Assembly (NCBI GenBank): GCA_004431415.1
Contig: QPMI01000622.1
Span: 62,001-126,000 of the forward strand
Direction of reading: 5' to 3'
Source: Cyanophora paradoxa CCMP329
Lineage: Eukaryota > Plantae > Glaucophyta
Length of the DNA: 64,000 nucleotides
The position numbers were made by a program, and so were the translations under genes. Below the pieces are notes generated by a model. It ran no database searches. It was not told where the DNA came from and saw nothing but the letters and a program-made list of their open reading frames with translations. The stretch's first letter is position 1; every line of letters begins with the position of its first letter. Shown one piece after another: positions 35,281 to 47,096 of this stretch.

Positions 35281-35500
35281 CCTGTAGCTTTTATTGTTTG
35301 ATTGTCCTGTACCCTGTGTGCATGCCGACCGCGGCCGGATCATCCGAGTGCAGCGGAGGTAGCGGTGCGGAGTGCAGTCCGAGTGCAGCGGAGTGCTCGC
35401 CGGGGGGATACACCGATTCGGAGCTCATCACAGATCGGCTCGCCTCGGACAAAACGACACTACGCGGCAGCGGAATCAGCGTGCGGCACTGCAACTCAGC

Positions 35501-37203
35501 ATGAGCATCGTCGAGCGGCGCGGCCGCGCCCCGGCCTTCGCTGCGTGCCCCGTTCCGGCGCCGGCCGCGCTTCGGGCGCCGGCCGCCGTGAGCCATGCTT
35601 CCAGCTCGACAGTCCACAGGCCTCTCGCGCTCGCTGCCTCTCGGGCGGCGCCGCGGCGGACGTTCATGTGCACGCCGCCGTCGGCCGTCCGCGTGAGCGG
35701 GCTCCGGGCGGCCTGGCTGGGCTCCGCGGACGCCGGACAGTTGCTGCGGAAGCTTCAGCGGCTGCAGGGACGCACGTCGTCGCTCTCGGAGGCCCTGCGC
35801 GTCGTCGCGGAGCAGGAGACGACGGAGGCGAAGCCGGCGGCTGCGGCGGACGAGGCGGGCCCGAGCAAGGCCGCCGCGGGGGACGAGGAAGCGCCGAAGG
35901 TTCGAACCGGGGCGCCGCGCGCTCCGGCGAGGGGCGAGCGAGCGGGGCGGGCAGGGGCTGCTGGGCGGGCTGGTGCCGGCGCAGGGCTGGGACGTCCCCT
36001 GGGAGTTCAACATCATCTTCGCCGTGCGCTCGCCGCCCCGCCCCGCCCCACCCGCCGCCGTGTGGAGAGCGAGCGGGCCGGGGGGCGGGGGGCACAGGTG
36101 CTGGCGCAGTGGTTCATCTCGTACCTCGCGTGCGGGGCGCTCGTGCTGCCGCTGGCCGTCAAGCAGCTCGGGCTCGACGTCAGCGACCCCCGCGGCCAGT
36201 CCCTCTTCCTCCTCGCCAACTACATGACCGAGATGGGGTCCGCCGCCCCCGCCCCTCCGCCCGCCCGCCCGCCCCCCCGCCCGCCGGCCGGCCCCCGGCC
36301 GAGGGCGGCTGCAGGCTGGGCTTCTACGTGCTGAACCGCTACCTCGAGCCCTTCTACCCCCTCGAGCAGCGCGACCTCTTCCGCTACACCCCCTCCCCCC
36401 AGGCGCCCCCCGCCCCGCCCCCCCCGCCCCCGCCCCCGCACCCGCACCCACTGATGGGGCGCGCGGCGCAGACGATCGGGGCGGGCGTGGTGGGCTTCCT
36501 GTGGGCGATCCCCGTCGTGATCCTCGCCTCCTTCGTCAACCAGCAGGTCCTCCACGGGGGCGAGGTGCCGGCCCCTCCCGCGCAGGGCGGGGGCCGCGGG
36601 GCCCGACTCGGGGCGGGGCGGGGCGGGGGCAGGTGGAGCTGCAGGCGATCACGGACGTGCTGCTGAAGGCGCAGGACGACCCGCTCTCCGTCGCCATCTT
36701 CCTCTTCACCGTCGCCTTCCTGGCGCCCGTCTGGGAGGAGACCATGTTCCGCGGCTTCCTCCTCACCAGGCACGCCCCGCCCGCCCGCCCCCGCCCCCGC
36801 CCCCGCCCCCGCTCCAGCTCGGGCCCGCGTGTGAGGCGGGGCGCACGCAGCCTGACGAAGTACATGCCGACCTGGGGCGCCATCGGCGTCTCCGGGTGCC
36901 CCCCGCCCCGCTCGTCCCGCCCCGCCGGCGCGCCTCTGAGGCGGGGCGGGGCGGGGGCGGGGGGGCAGGGTGGTGTTCGCGGGGGCGCACCTGAGCGCGC
37001 AGCACATGATCCCGCTGACGGCCCTCGGCTGGGTCCTCGGCCTCGTCTACACCAGGACCCGCAGGCCCGCCCGCCCCGCCCCCCGCCCTCGCGGGGTCTG
37101 AGGGTGCGGGGCGGGTCGCAGCCTGGCGACGTCGATCACGCTGCACGCGATGTGGAACTCGATCACCGTCGCCGCCCTCCTCGCCGGCCTCGGCGACCTC
37201 TAG
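35501..37203 (+). CDS. CPBP/Abi (CAAX type II) intramembrane protease with probable plastid transit peptide (multi-exon)
   Basis: APVWEETMFRGFLL, VFAGAHL and ITLHAMWNS motifs; Ala/Ser/Arg-rich N-terminus (PAFAACPVP..). Confidence 0.88.
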
Positions 37204-38023
37204 GCCCCCGCCCCCGCCCCCGCCCCGCGCCGACCCTGCACCCCCCGGCCCCGCCCCGCCCCCGCCCCCGCCTGCGCCCTCGTCGCGCTGTACTACGGTA
37301 TGTGTTTGCGGCCTCGGAGACCAAGCGTAGTACCCGAGCTTAGTACCCGAGCTCTTATTGTATGACCCGAGTCGGCGGCCCTTTTGTATGGCAGTAACCA
37401 GACCATTTGGCGAGCCTCGGAGACCATGCCATGATCATCGGATGCCCGTGAAGGATGATGCACATGTACTGCAGCCGGCCATGGCAGCCCGATCGCGACT
37501 CGCGATCGGCGAGCTGCAAGGCCGCCGGGCTCAGCGGCTTCGAAGTACCATACTATGATATGCATGTGCCCGACCGTCGGACCCAGCCTGGCATGCCTTG
37601 TGAAACACTGATCGATATCATGAGCACTGGTCGACGTCAGCCTCGTGATAAGGTTGGCAGCTGCAGACTCTGGACTCGAGCTCTGAGAATTAATATTCCT
37701 TGGCCTCATTCTCAAGTAGCCATGGCCCCTCGGGCTGCCGCGGAGGACCATTCAAGTGGTTCACGTAACCGTTGAACTGCAACCGTAACACCGCATACTG
37801 TTAACCACATGGCCCGGCCATGGGCTCCACGTGCATTTGCCAACTTGCATTTTCATCGCAGAACCGTGTGTGACACTGTGAAATTAAATGTACAGGGAAA
37901 GAAGCTTGAGATATGTACATGTGATCATGAGTTGCGAGAAAGAAATGGTTCAATCGGAGGTCGAGCGCTCGTCGCAGGCCCGAGGGTCGAGCCCTCACGC
38001 GTGCGCGGGGGGCGGCAGGGCGG

Positions 38024-40150
38024 TCAGTGCTTGAGCTTGCTGAAGATGTCGTCGGGGTAGATGGCGACCTTCAGGCAGCCGTCCACCTGGTTCGCGAACA
38101 CCTGCCCCCGCCCCCGCCCCCGCAGTCGGGCGGCCGGCGGGGGCGGGCGGGGCGGGGCCGGGGGCGGGGACGGACGCGGTAGGCCTCCTCGATGTTGGAG
38201 AGGGCGAAGCGGTGCGTCACGAGCGCCATCACGTCCGCGCGCTTCGCCTCGATCACCGACATCAGCCTGCCCCGCCCCGCCCCGCCCCGCGTGAGGATGA
38301 GACCGGCGGGCGATCGCGCGGCGCGGGGCGGGCGGACCGGCGCATGCGCTCCTTGCCGCCGGGGCAGAGGGAGGCGACGATGGTGTGGTCGCCGATGCCG
38401 CACGCGAAGTCTTGCAGGCCCAGCTGCGCCCCTCTCAGCGCCGGCGGCGGGGCGGCGGGGCGGGGCGGGGCGGGCGGTGAGGTCGGTGGAGTAGACGCCG
38501 AGGGAGGCCATGCGACCTGCCGGCTTCAGCACCTTCATCCCGTTCGCGAACGTCCCCTGCCCGCCGAGCTGAAGCGAGGCCGGCGGGGGCGCGGGGAGCG
38601 GGGCGGGGCGGGGGGCGGGCCTGGGCGCCGAAGGCCTCGACGGCGACGTCGACGCCGTGCTCCTCCGTCAGCCGCTTGATCTCCGCCACCGGCTCGTGCG
38701 TCTTGTAGTTCACCACTGCCCGCCCCGCCCCGCCAGCCCACGCCGCCGTCGACGTCGGAGGCAGGCGGGGGCGGGGGCGGGGTGTGGGTGGCGGGGGCGC
38801 ACCGAGGTCGGCGCCCATCTTCTTGGCGAGCTCGAGGCGCGTCGGGTTCGAGCCGACCCCGATACTGCCCCCTGCGCGTCAGCCCCGGGCCGGGGCGCTG
38901 GGCGCTGGGCGGGGGCGGGCGGGGCGGACATCTTGGTGGCGCCCATGAGCTTGGCGCCGAGGGTGGCGCAGAGGCCGATGGGCCCCTGCGCGAAGACCGC
39001 CACCGAGTCCCCGATCTTGACCTTGGCCGCCTCCGGGCCCGAGAAGCCCGTGCTCATGATGTCTGCCCCGCCCCCTCAGCGGCGGGGCTGGGGCGGGGCG
39101 AGGGCCGGGGCCGGGGCGGGGGCGGGCTCGCCGGGGCACATGAGGACCTGCTCGTCGGTCAGGGAGTCCGGGATGGGGCACATGTTGTACATCGCCGACG
39201 GCACGATCATGTACTCCGCCTGCGCGGCACCCGTCAGGCCCCGCGGCGGAGGGCCGGGCCGGGGCGATGGAGTTGGAGGGGCGGGGGGCGCCTGGGAGCC
39301 GTCGATGGAGTTGCCGAGCTTCCAGCCGCCGGCGTTGTGGCCGCCGCACTGCGCAGGGTGGCCCTCCTGGCACGTCCCGCAGTACCCGCACGGCCTGCCC
39401 GCCCGTCAGGCATCCAGCCTGGCAGCGCGAGGGGGGGGGCTCGCGGCGGGCGCACGTGATGGCGCCGACGACGACGCGCTGGCCCACCTGGTAGCCCTCC
39501 ACCCCGGGGCCCAGCTTCGCCACGACGCCCACCGGCTCGCTGCGCCCCGCCGGCGAGTCGGTGTGCGCAAGCGGGGCCGGCGCGGGGCCGGCGGGGCGGC
39601 GGGGGCGCGCACTGGCCGAGGGTGCGACCTGCCTGGATCCAGTCGATCTCCCCCTTCATGATGTGCACGTCTGCAGCGCCCCCGCCGCGACCCGTCAGCG
39701 CCCGGCCGGCCGGCCGCGGTGACTGTGCGCGAGAGCTCGAGCGCTAGCCGTCGACGTCCTGGCTTGGCGCCGGCGGTTTCGGCAGCGCACCAGTGCCGCA
39801 GATCTGACGGTGCGGGGACATCAACGTGTGTGAGACGGCGCGGCGGCGAGCGCGGGCGGCGCACGGTCGTGCATGTGATCTTGATAAGCGCCTCGCCGGC
39901 CTTCGGCTCGGGCACCTGTGTCGCCCACGTGCATCAGCACAGTGCCGGACGCGGGATCGATCGAACGCGAGGCACGCATGCGCACGGGCTTCTTGACCAG
40001 ACCGATCTTTCCCTTGCCTGCGCATATATATGCATGCGGGGGAGGCGGATCGGAGGCGCGCATGTGGCTATCGCAGCGCGGTCGGTGCGACGCACCCTGT
40101 AGGACGAGGGCGGTCATCTCCTTCGGGATTGGCATCGCGCCGACCGTCAT
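38024..40150 (-). CDS. Zn-dependent alcohol dehydrogenase (MDR family; multi-exon)
   Basis: TTICGTDVHI, GHEPVG, PCGYCGTCQEGHPAQC, DIMSTGFSG, VAVFAQGPIGL, LCPGGKERMRRLM. Confidence 0.92.
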
Positions 40151-40857
40151 CTTCTCAAGCTTCACCTCCGAGGCTCGTCGACGTCCGCTGGTCTTCTTTG
40201 CTCCGCGCGCGGCTGCTCTAGATCTTTCGGTCCGGCGACACTCGTGCTCTCTTCAAGGCTTTGACAAGACGAGACTGGTCTAGATCTCGTTCCCTGATGG
40301 CCTGGCAAATTGCTGCTGCTGGCGCGATGTTAAGTCTGCAACTGCCGGCCGCACGTCACGGCGTCACGGCGTCACGGACTGACGGGCTCCTCAAATTCGA
40401 TATTCGTCGTACCGGTACCGTAACGCCGGGCCGCGAGTAATATAATCGCGATCAAATCGCCAAGAGCTTATAATTACAACCAAACCAGACCGCGAACCAT
40501 GGCGAACGTGGCGCTAGTTGACTGCAGCTAGCGCTGCAGCTGCGAATTTGAGTCATCATGATCAGTGCATGCGCACGTGCGCGTGAAGACCAGATTTAGA
40601 CCACTCCTTCGAATTCGATCGCGAATTGCCAAGTTGCGATTGAAAATCGAATTTGCTAGCTTCCCCCAGTTGCATGCGCAGGGCCCAGACCAGACCAGAA
40701 CTGCTTCCCCCTGGCCCCTCAAATTGCTGGCTTCAACCAACTATAACTTATAATGAAATTAAAATTGAAAAATTGAACGGATTTCGAGCTTCTGCAGTTG
40801 CGCTACTCCGCGTTGCCAAGTTGCGCCGCGCGCAGGGGGCGGGCTCAGGGGGCGAGC

Positions 40858-42816
40858 TCAGGGCGCGGGGGCGGTGAGGATGGTCTTGCCACGGGGGCGG
40901 GCGGGGCGGGGCGGGCGGCTCGGCGAGGGCCTCGGGGAAGCGGTCGAGGGGCACGCGGGGGCCCACAGGCGGCACCATCGCCCCCGACGCCACCAGCGCC
41001 CCCACCTGCCCCGCCCCGCCCCGCCTCAGACCCCGGGCAAGCGGGGCCGGCGTGCGGGGCGGGCCCTGCGGAGGAGGTCGAGCCGCTCGGCCGGCGCCAT
41101 GCGGCCCACGCGCGCCGTGCGCCAGAAGCCAGAGACTGGCCCCGCGCCCCCGGCCCCCGGAGGCGGCTTCAGCGCGGGCCGGGCCGGGGCGGCCGCGGGG
41201 CGGGGGGCGGGGGGGCGCCTGAGGACTCGCGGTAGACGAGGAGGGCGCCGTCGAGCTGCACCGCCTCGCCCGACATGCGCCCGTAGCACAGCATCCGCCC
41301 GAAGCCGCCCAGCGCCCGCGCCACCTGCCCGCCCCTGCCCGTCGGCCTCGCCCCCGGGGGCGGCGGCGCGGGCGGGGCGGGCCTGGCTGCCGATGGCCCC
41401 CCGACCCCGTCCACCGCCATTGTCACGCCCTGCCCAGGCGCGCCCGTCAGCGGCCCCGCGTGGCGGCGCCCGGCGCGGGGCGCGGCGGCGGCGCGCCTTC
41501 CCGCCCGTAATGCGCTTCACCCCCTCGGCGATCGCGCCGGGGCCGTCCGCCGCGCAGATCTGCCAGGTTTCACGGCGGGTCACGGCCCGTCGGGCGGGGC
41601 GGGGCGGCGGGGCGGGTGAGGGCGCGCACGACGTCGCTGCCGAAGCTGCGCACGTACGCCTCGTCCTCGCGCGCCCGCACCACCCCGATCGCCCGCACGC
41701 CCCTGGCCCCGCCCCGTCAGCCCCAGCCCGCTGCCCCGGGTGCAGGGTGCGGGGAAGGGCCGCGCCGGCTGCGGCAGAGCTGCGCCATGCAGACGCCGAC
41801 GGCCGACGTGGCGGCGCTCTGCGGGCGGGGGCGGTGGGCGCGGGGCGGGCGCTCGGGCTCGGGGGCGGGCGGGGCGGGGCGGGCCTGGAGGAGGAAGCGC
41901 GGCTCGGTCGCCGGCGTGCTCCCCAGCAGCTCTGCCCGCCCCCGCCCCTCGGCCCCGCCCCGAGGCGGTAGCGGAGGCGGGGAGGGGAGCAGGGCGGCGC
42001 GCCCTCGAGCATCAGGTAGGCGGTCACTGCGGGGCGGGGCGGGTGAGGCGGAGCGGGGCGGGCGGCGGCCTGCGGGGGCCGGGCGGGCGAGCTGCGGGCG
42101 GCGGACCGGGGTTGACGGCGAGCTGGCAGGCGACATCGTCGGGGACTCCCTCCGGCGCCTCCGCGCACTCCTCCGCCCGCACGTTCTCCACCTCCTGCCA
42201 GCTCCCTGCCCCGCCGCCCTGCCCCCCAGGCCCGCCCCCCGCGTCGGCGGCGGAGCGCGGCGGCCGGCGGCCGCAGGCCTAGGTGCCGGCGGGACGACCG
42301 GCGCACCGGCCGCCCAGGGGCACGACGCGGGCGCCCGGTGCGATGCGGACGCCTTCGCCGACCGCTTCAACGATCCCCACGCCCTCGAAGCCCGCGACCT
42401 GCCCTGCCGTCCCCGCCCAGCTCGAGCAGCGTCCTCGCGAGCAAGCGGCGCCGGCGCACCGGGCAAAGACGCGGCGAGGCCGTACTTGCCCTTGACAAAC
42501 AGCAGGTCCGAGGGGTTGATCGGACGCGCGAGGTAGCGCAGCGTCACCTCGCCTGCACGCGCGGGGGGCTGAGCGCTTAGGTCGCAGAGAGAATTCGAGA
42601 CGAGAACTAGCTAGTGCTCTTCTATGCGCAGACAGCGACGTATGCGCCGGCGGGCGTCGACGTCGGCGCACCACGCGCGGGCGCGGGCGGCGGAGCTCGC
42701 TCCTCGAGGCGGAGCACCTCCGCCGGCTCCCCGCATCGATCGAACACGACAGAGAGGTTCCTCCGCAGCGATGTGGCCGTCGAGGCCGCCCGCGAAGCCG
42801 CATGCGCAGGCCACAT
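40858..42816 (-). CDS. MECR/ETR1-like trans-2-enoyl thioester reductase (Zn-free MDR; multi-exon)
   Basis: GEPAEVLRLEE, ARPINPSDLLFVKGKY, AGFEGVGIVEAVG, VNPVTAYLML, QSAATSAVG, YGRMSGE, GFW; mitochondrial-type presequence. Confidence 0.82.
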
Positions 42817-42973
42817 GGCTCCTGTACTCCCCCCGAGCCTCACTGTGAATCGATCGGCCTCGGTCCCGAGCGCAGCCCTTGGCTTCATTGGCCCATTATC
42901 AGTGCGAAAGAGAGGAGCCAGACCAGATCGCTAGCCGCGCGACGGTCCGTCGCCGTCGGCGGCAGCGATATCG

Positions 42974-43863
42974 ATGGCGCTACGCGGCTGGCTGCAGCCG
43001 ATGGCGGAGGTCGCCGCCAACCTCGCCGTGTTCTGGACGTTCTGGGAGAACGTCGCGCAGACCTGCTGGGTGCGGCGCCGCCCGTCCAAGCGCGCTCGCC
43101 CGCCGAGCGCTGCGGCGCAGGTGGAAGGCCCCTCGATGCTGCCCACGCTGAACGAGAACGGCGGCGATCTCGTCCTGTGCGCCGCCGCCGCCGCTGTCAA
43201 CGCAGCCGCCGCGCGCCTGCAGCTGACCGGGGCGGGGCGGCAGGGTGGACAAGCTAACGCCGCTCGTGGCGCCGTACGAGCGCGGCGACGTCGTCCTCTT
43301 CACATCGCCCGTCAACCCGAGTGCGCGCGGCCGCCTCGCAACCTGCGCTGGCCCGCTGCGCTGCGCCGCCTCACTCGGCAACGGCGCCGCAGAGCGCGTC
43401 GTCGTGAAGCGCATCGCGCGGAAGGTGCGCGGGGCCACTTCGAGCTCGCTTAGCGCCGCCGCCCTTGTTCGAGCCCCGCCGCAGCAGGGCGACTGGGTGC
43501 AGGCCCCCGTGAGCGACTCGGGCGAGACCAAGTGGATCCAGGCGCGCCCGGCGGCCGGCGCGGCGCCTCTGGCGCGCGTGAGCGGGGCCGGCAGGTGCCG
43601 ATGGGCCACGTGTGGATGCTGGGGGACAACGAGCGCCAGTCGCACGACTCGCGGCACTACGGACCCGTCCCCACCGGCCTCATCCACGGCCGCACCGTCT
43701 GCCGCGTGCGCCCGCAGCGCCGAGCCCCCCGTCCCTGAACCCGCCCCGCCCACCCTTGACTCGCCGGCAGCTGCTGCCCTTCTCGCAGTTCGGACCTCTG
43801 CAGGGGGGCCCGAGGAAGGACGGGTCCCCGCCTGCCCCCGCCCCGCAAGCGCCAGAGCCCTAG
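42974..43863 (+). CDS. Mitochondrial inner membrane peptidase IMP1/IMP2 (S26 family; multi-exon)
   Basis: VEGPSMLPTLN, RGDVVLFTSP, VKRI, VPMGHVWMLGDN..SHDSRHYGPVP. Confidence 0.9.
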
Positions 43864-43900
43864 CCCTGGCCATGGGTCGGCCGCTCTTCCCCTCTGTTTC

Positions 43901-46118
43901 CTATCCCGGCGTTGGCGACGTCAATCACGGGCCGGCCCGGCCTTCCGGTGGCGCGTCGCCAAAATTCGAAGGCGGGCGCATCTTCATCGCACCCTCGCGA
44001 CTTCAGTCCTGTACCCCGGTTCCTATCCTCGACAATAGGCCGCTTCGGGGGGCGCTTGCGCTCCACACGCGCTCTGGGGGCTCCGGGGGCCGAGCCCACC
44101 GCGTTCTGGGGTGGTTCTGCGCCTGCCGCAATGCGCGGCGGGACCGCAGGGGGCCGGGCCTTTGACCGCATTGCCACGCCGTGTACCCCAACTGTGGATA
44201 GGATACTTTCGAAGGCGCTCCCGGCGTGAATTCGCAGACGAGGACGCGTTCATCGATGGCGCGCAATCCCAGCACGGGAATGCGTTGTTTGCGGCGCACA
44301 GCAGACCGCGGGGCGCCGAAATCGCGAGGAGAAATTGCACCGCCCGGAAGCCCGTCGCTGTAGACGTTTCCTCGGCCAGCTCCGACACTGCTTCTGAGGG
44401 GGTACACGTTACTCGAGGACGGGTAAGGGGTAAGGGAGCGTGCAAGGGGGAGGGAGGGGGTACCGGCTCGTTATCGAGGCGACGTTCGGGGAGAAGTGGC
44501 GCTGGACCTGTACCCCGGGCCATCAGCGGGGTACGCGAAAAAGGGGGTTCGGCGCACAGTGAGACTCGCCCCGCGAGGGGTTCGGGGTACTTCAAGGGTG
44601 CACGAGTCGCCCCCGCGGACGGTGCGGCAGAGCTCGCCGCAGACCGCACGGAGTGCCGCCAAGAAATGGGGTGGGGCGGGGCCGGCGGGACTGGTGAACG
44701 GGGTCGGAGGCGGACAGCAGGAGTCGGAGCCGGGGGGAGGGCGGCGGCGGAAGTGGCGGGCGGGGGCGGGGGCGGGGCGGCTCAGAGTCGGGAGCGGGGG
44801 TAGTGGCGGGGAGGAGCGAGGCGAGCGTCGCGGGCCCTCCTCGTCCGGCGCGGCCGCCGCGGCCGGAGAGCCCGCGAGCGAGAGCTCCCGCCGGCCCCGC
44901 CGGCCCCGCCCGCCACCGCCCCTAGGCGCAAGGCTCGCCGCCAGTGAGATCGGGATCGCTGCGACGAGGCTCTGCAGGCTCGGCGCGTGCACGGCGAGGC
45001 GCTGCGGCGCCGTAAGCGGCGAAGGCGCAGGGAGGGAGCGGGGGCGGGGCGCCTGCAGGCGGCGTGCGGGGAGGCGGGCCTCCACGGCGCCCGGGAGGGC
45101 TGTGGGGGCGAGGGGCCTCGAGGCCTTCCAGCGGGAGACGGGCTGCCCGCCCCGGCGCCCCGACCGCCCCGCGCGACGCGCCCGAGGAGCCTCTGCGCGC
45201 GCAGCGTCATGATCAGCCAGCGCCGGCGCAGCCTCCGAGCGGGCGCCCGTCGCGAGGGGCAGCACCTTCATGATCAGCAGGCGCAGCTAGCGCTGCGGGA
45301 GGACGCTCGCCAGGTCGGTGCTCTCTCGACCCGCCCCCGCAGCGGACGGCGAGGAGATATATCGCTCGGCGAGGGCACCGTCCCAGGCCTGGAGCAGCTG
45401 GAGCGGCGGCGCTCGACGCTGGCGTGCTCAAGCTTGCAGTTGGCCATGGGCGCGCGTCGACGTCTTCGCGTCTTCTTCTTTTGCCGACTCCGCAGCAGGC
45501 CTAGGGGAACTTCGCCGACTCCGCACTATTGGCAACGCACCGCCTGGCTTCGCGACCTCGCTGGCCATGCCGCGGGCCTGCGGCGTTGGCCTTTCAGTAG
45601 CTTTACCCCTCCGCGCACGAGGGCCCGCACCATGCATATGGCCCATGGCCATGGCCACGCGTACGGCCCACAGGTTTCTCCTCGCAATTTCGGCGCCCCG
45701 CGGTCTGCTGTGCGCCGCAAACAACGCATTCCCGTGCTGGGATTGCGCGCCATCGATGAACGCGTCCTCGTCTGCGAATTCACGCCGGGAGCGCCTTCGA
45801 AAGTATCCTATCCACAGTTGGGGTACACGGCGTGGCAATGCGGTCAAAGGCCCGGCCCCCTGCGGAGGCTGCGGTCCCGCCGCGCATTGCGGCAGGCGCA
45901 GAAGCACCCCAGAACGCGGTGGGCTCGGCCCCACGGCCTCCCCAGAGCGCGTGTGGAGCGCAAGCGCCCCCCGAAGCGGCCTATTGTCGAGGATAGGAAC
46001 CGGGGTACAGGACTGAAGTCGCGAGGGTGCGATGAAGATGCGCCCGCCTTCGAATTTTGGCGACGCGCAAACGGACGGCCGGGCCGGCCCGTGATTGACG
46101 TCGCCGCCGCCGGGATAG
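43901..46118. repeat. Long inverted repeat (arms 43901-44334 and 45675-46118) around a ~1.3-kb spacer
   Basis: The arms are highly similar reverse complements over ~430 bp. No TSD is visible. Confidence 0.9.
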
Positions 46119-47096
46119 CAAGCGGCACGAGCCGGCGCCGCGGTTTTGACCTTCGCGCAAGCAGGATGCGCGGCGACCGTCCAGCTAGGCTAGGCGACGG
46201 ATGAGGCTGACGGGTGAGCTGGAGGACGACGGGTCTAGCTATCAGTATAGCCTATCTTAGAAGTTTAGAGAGCCTCGCTTTCGACGTTCAGCGTTCGCTG
46301 CCGCTGCTGCAGCAGCGCATGCAGCTGCCGGCCGCGGCCGCGCGGTATCGGGACGTCGACTTGCAATTGAGGAATCGAAGGCTCATCAGAACACCAGCGA
46401 GGCCGGCAGCGGCGACTCCTTCTTAGACGTTGAGCCGACGTCCACATGTACAGGAGCGGGAGCAGCGCGGCTTGGCGCGAGGATCGTCCGAATTCGAACG
46501 TTAACACTTGCAATTGCACGAGTGTCTAGCTGCAGATCCCGACGGGCAGCCAGCTTCAGCCACACGCTTGAGCATCGTCATGATCATGATCAGCTGCTCT
46601 GCAGCTGTCTATTTGGGTCTCGCGAGCATGTCTTGGCCGAGTGGCATCGTCGAAAGGCCGTCGACGTCAACGTTGCGGGCCCAAGTGCAGAACGTACGCG
46701 TGCGTGCGGGCGCTCATGATCATCGATCAGCTGCTCGCCCGTCGCTTCAACTTTAATTAATATATTCTTGCGAAGATGCTCGAGGCATTCGCACCGCTTT
46801 CGGCCGTCTGAACAGGTTTTGTGGTCGACGCATGCGCAACGACGGGTTCGAAAATATTCCTGCGACAGGTTCTTTCGCCCTCGCATATATAGATTGACAT
46901 GTGCACAATCGCAAATGCTGTCTGCAAGTGCGATCAATTGCGTCGGTATTATGCTCTAAACATCGAGCATTAGAATAGAGCGGTGCTGAACTGCGAACAA
47001 TCCATGGCCTTCGTTAACGCTAGATGTAATGCATTTTCGGTTCAAACTCGAATTCGCGTGCAGATCTGACACAGTTCGGGTCGGGATCTCGGTTTG

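Noticed and set aside
38024-38045. Peroxisomal SKL signal on the ADH
   Set aside because: The protein ends SKLKH, so SKL is not terminal.
46590-46937. Cys-rich 115-aa minus-strand ORF
   Set aside because: No recognisable family and codon usage unlike host genes. It may be a decayed fragment but cannot be supported.
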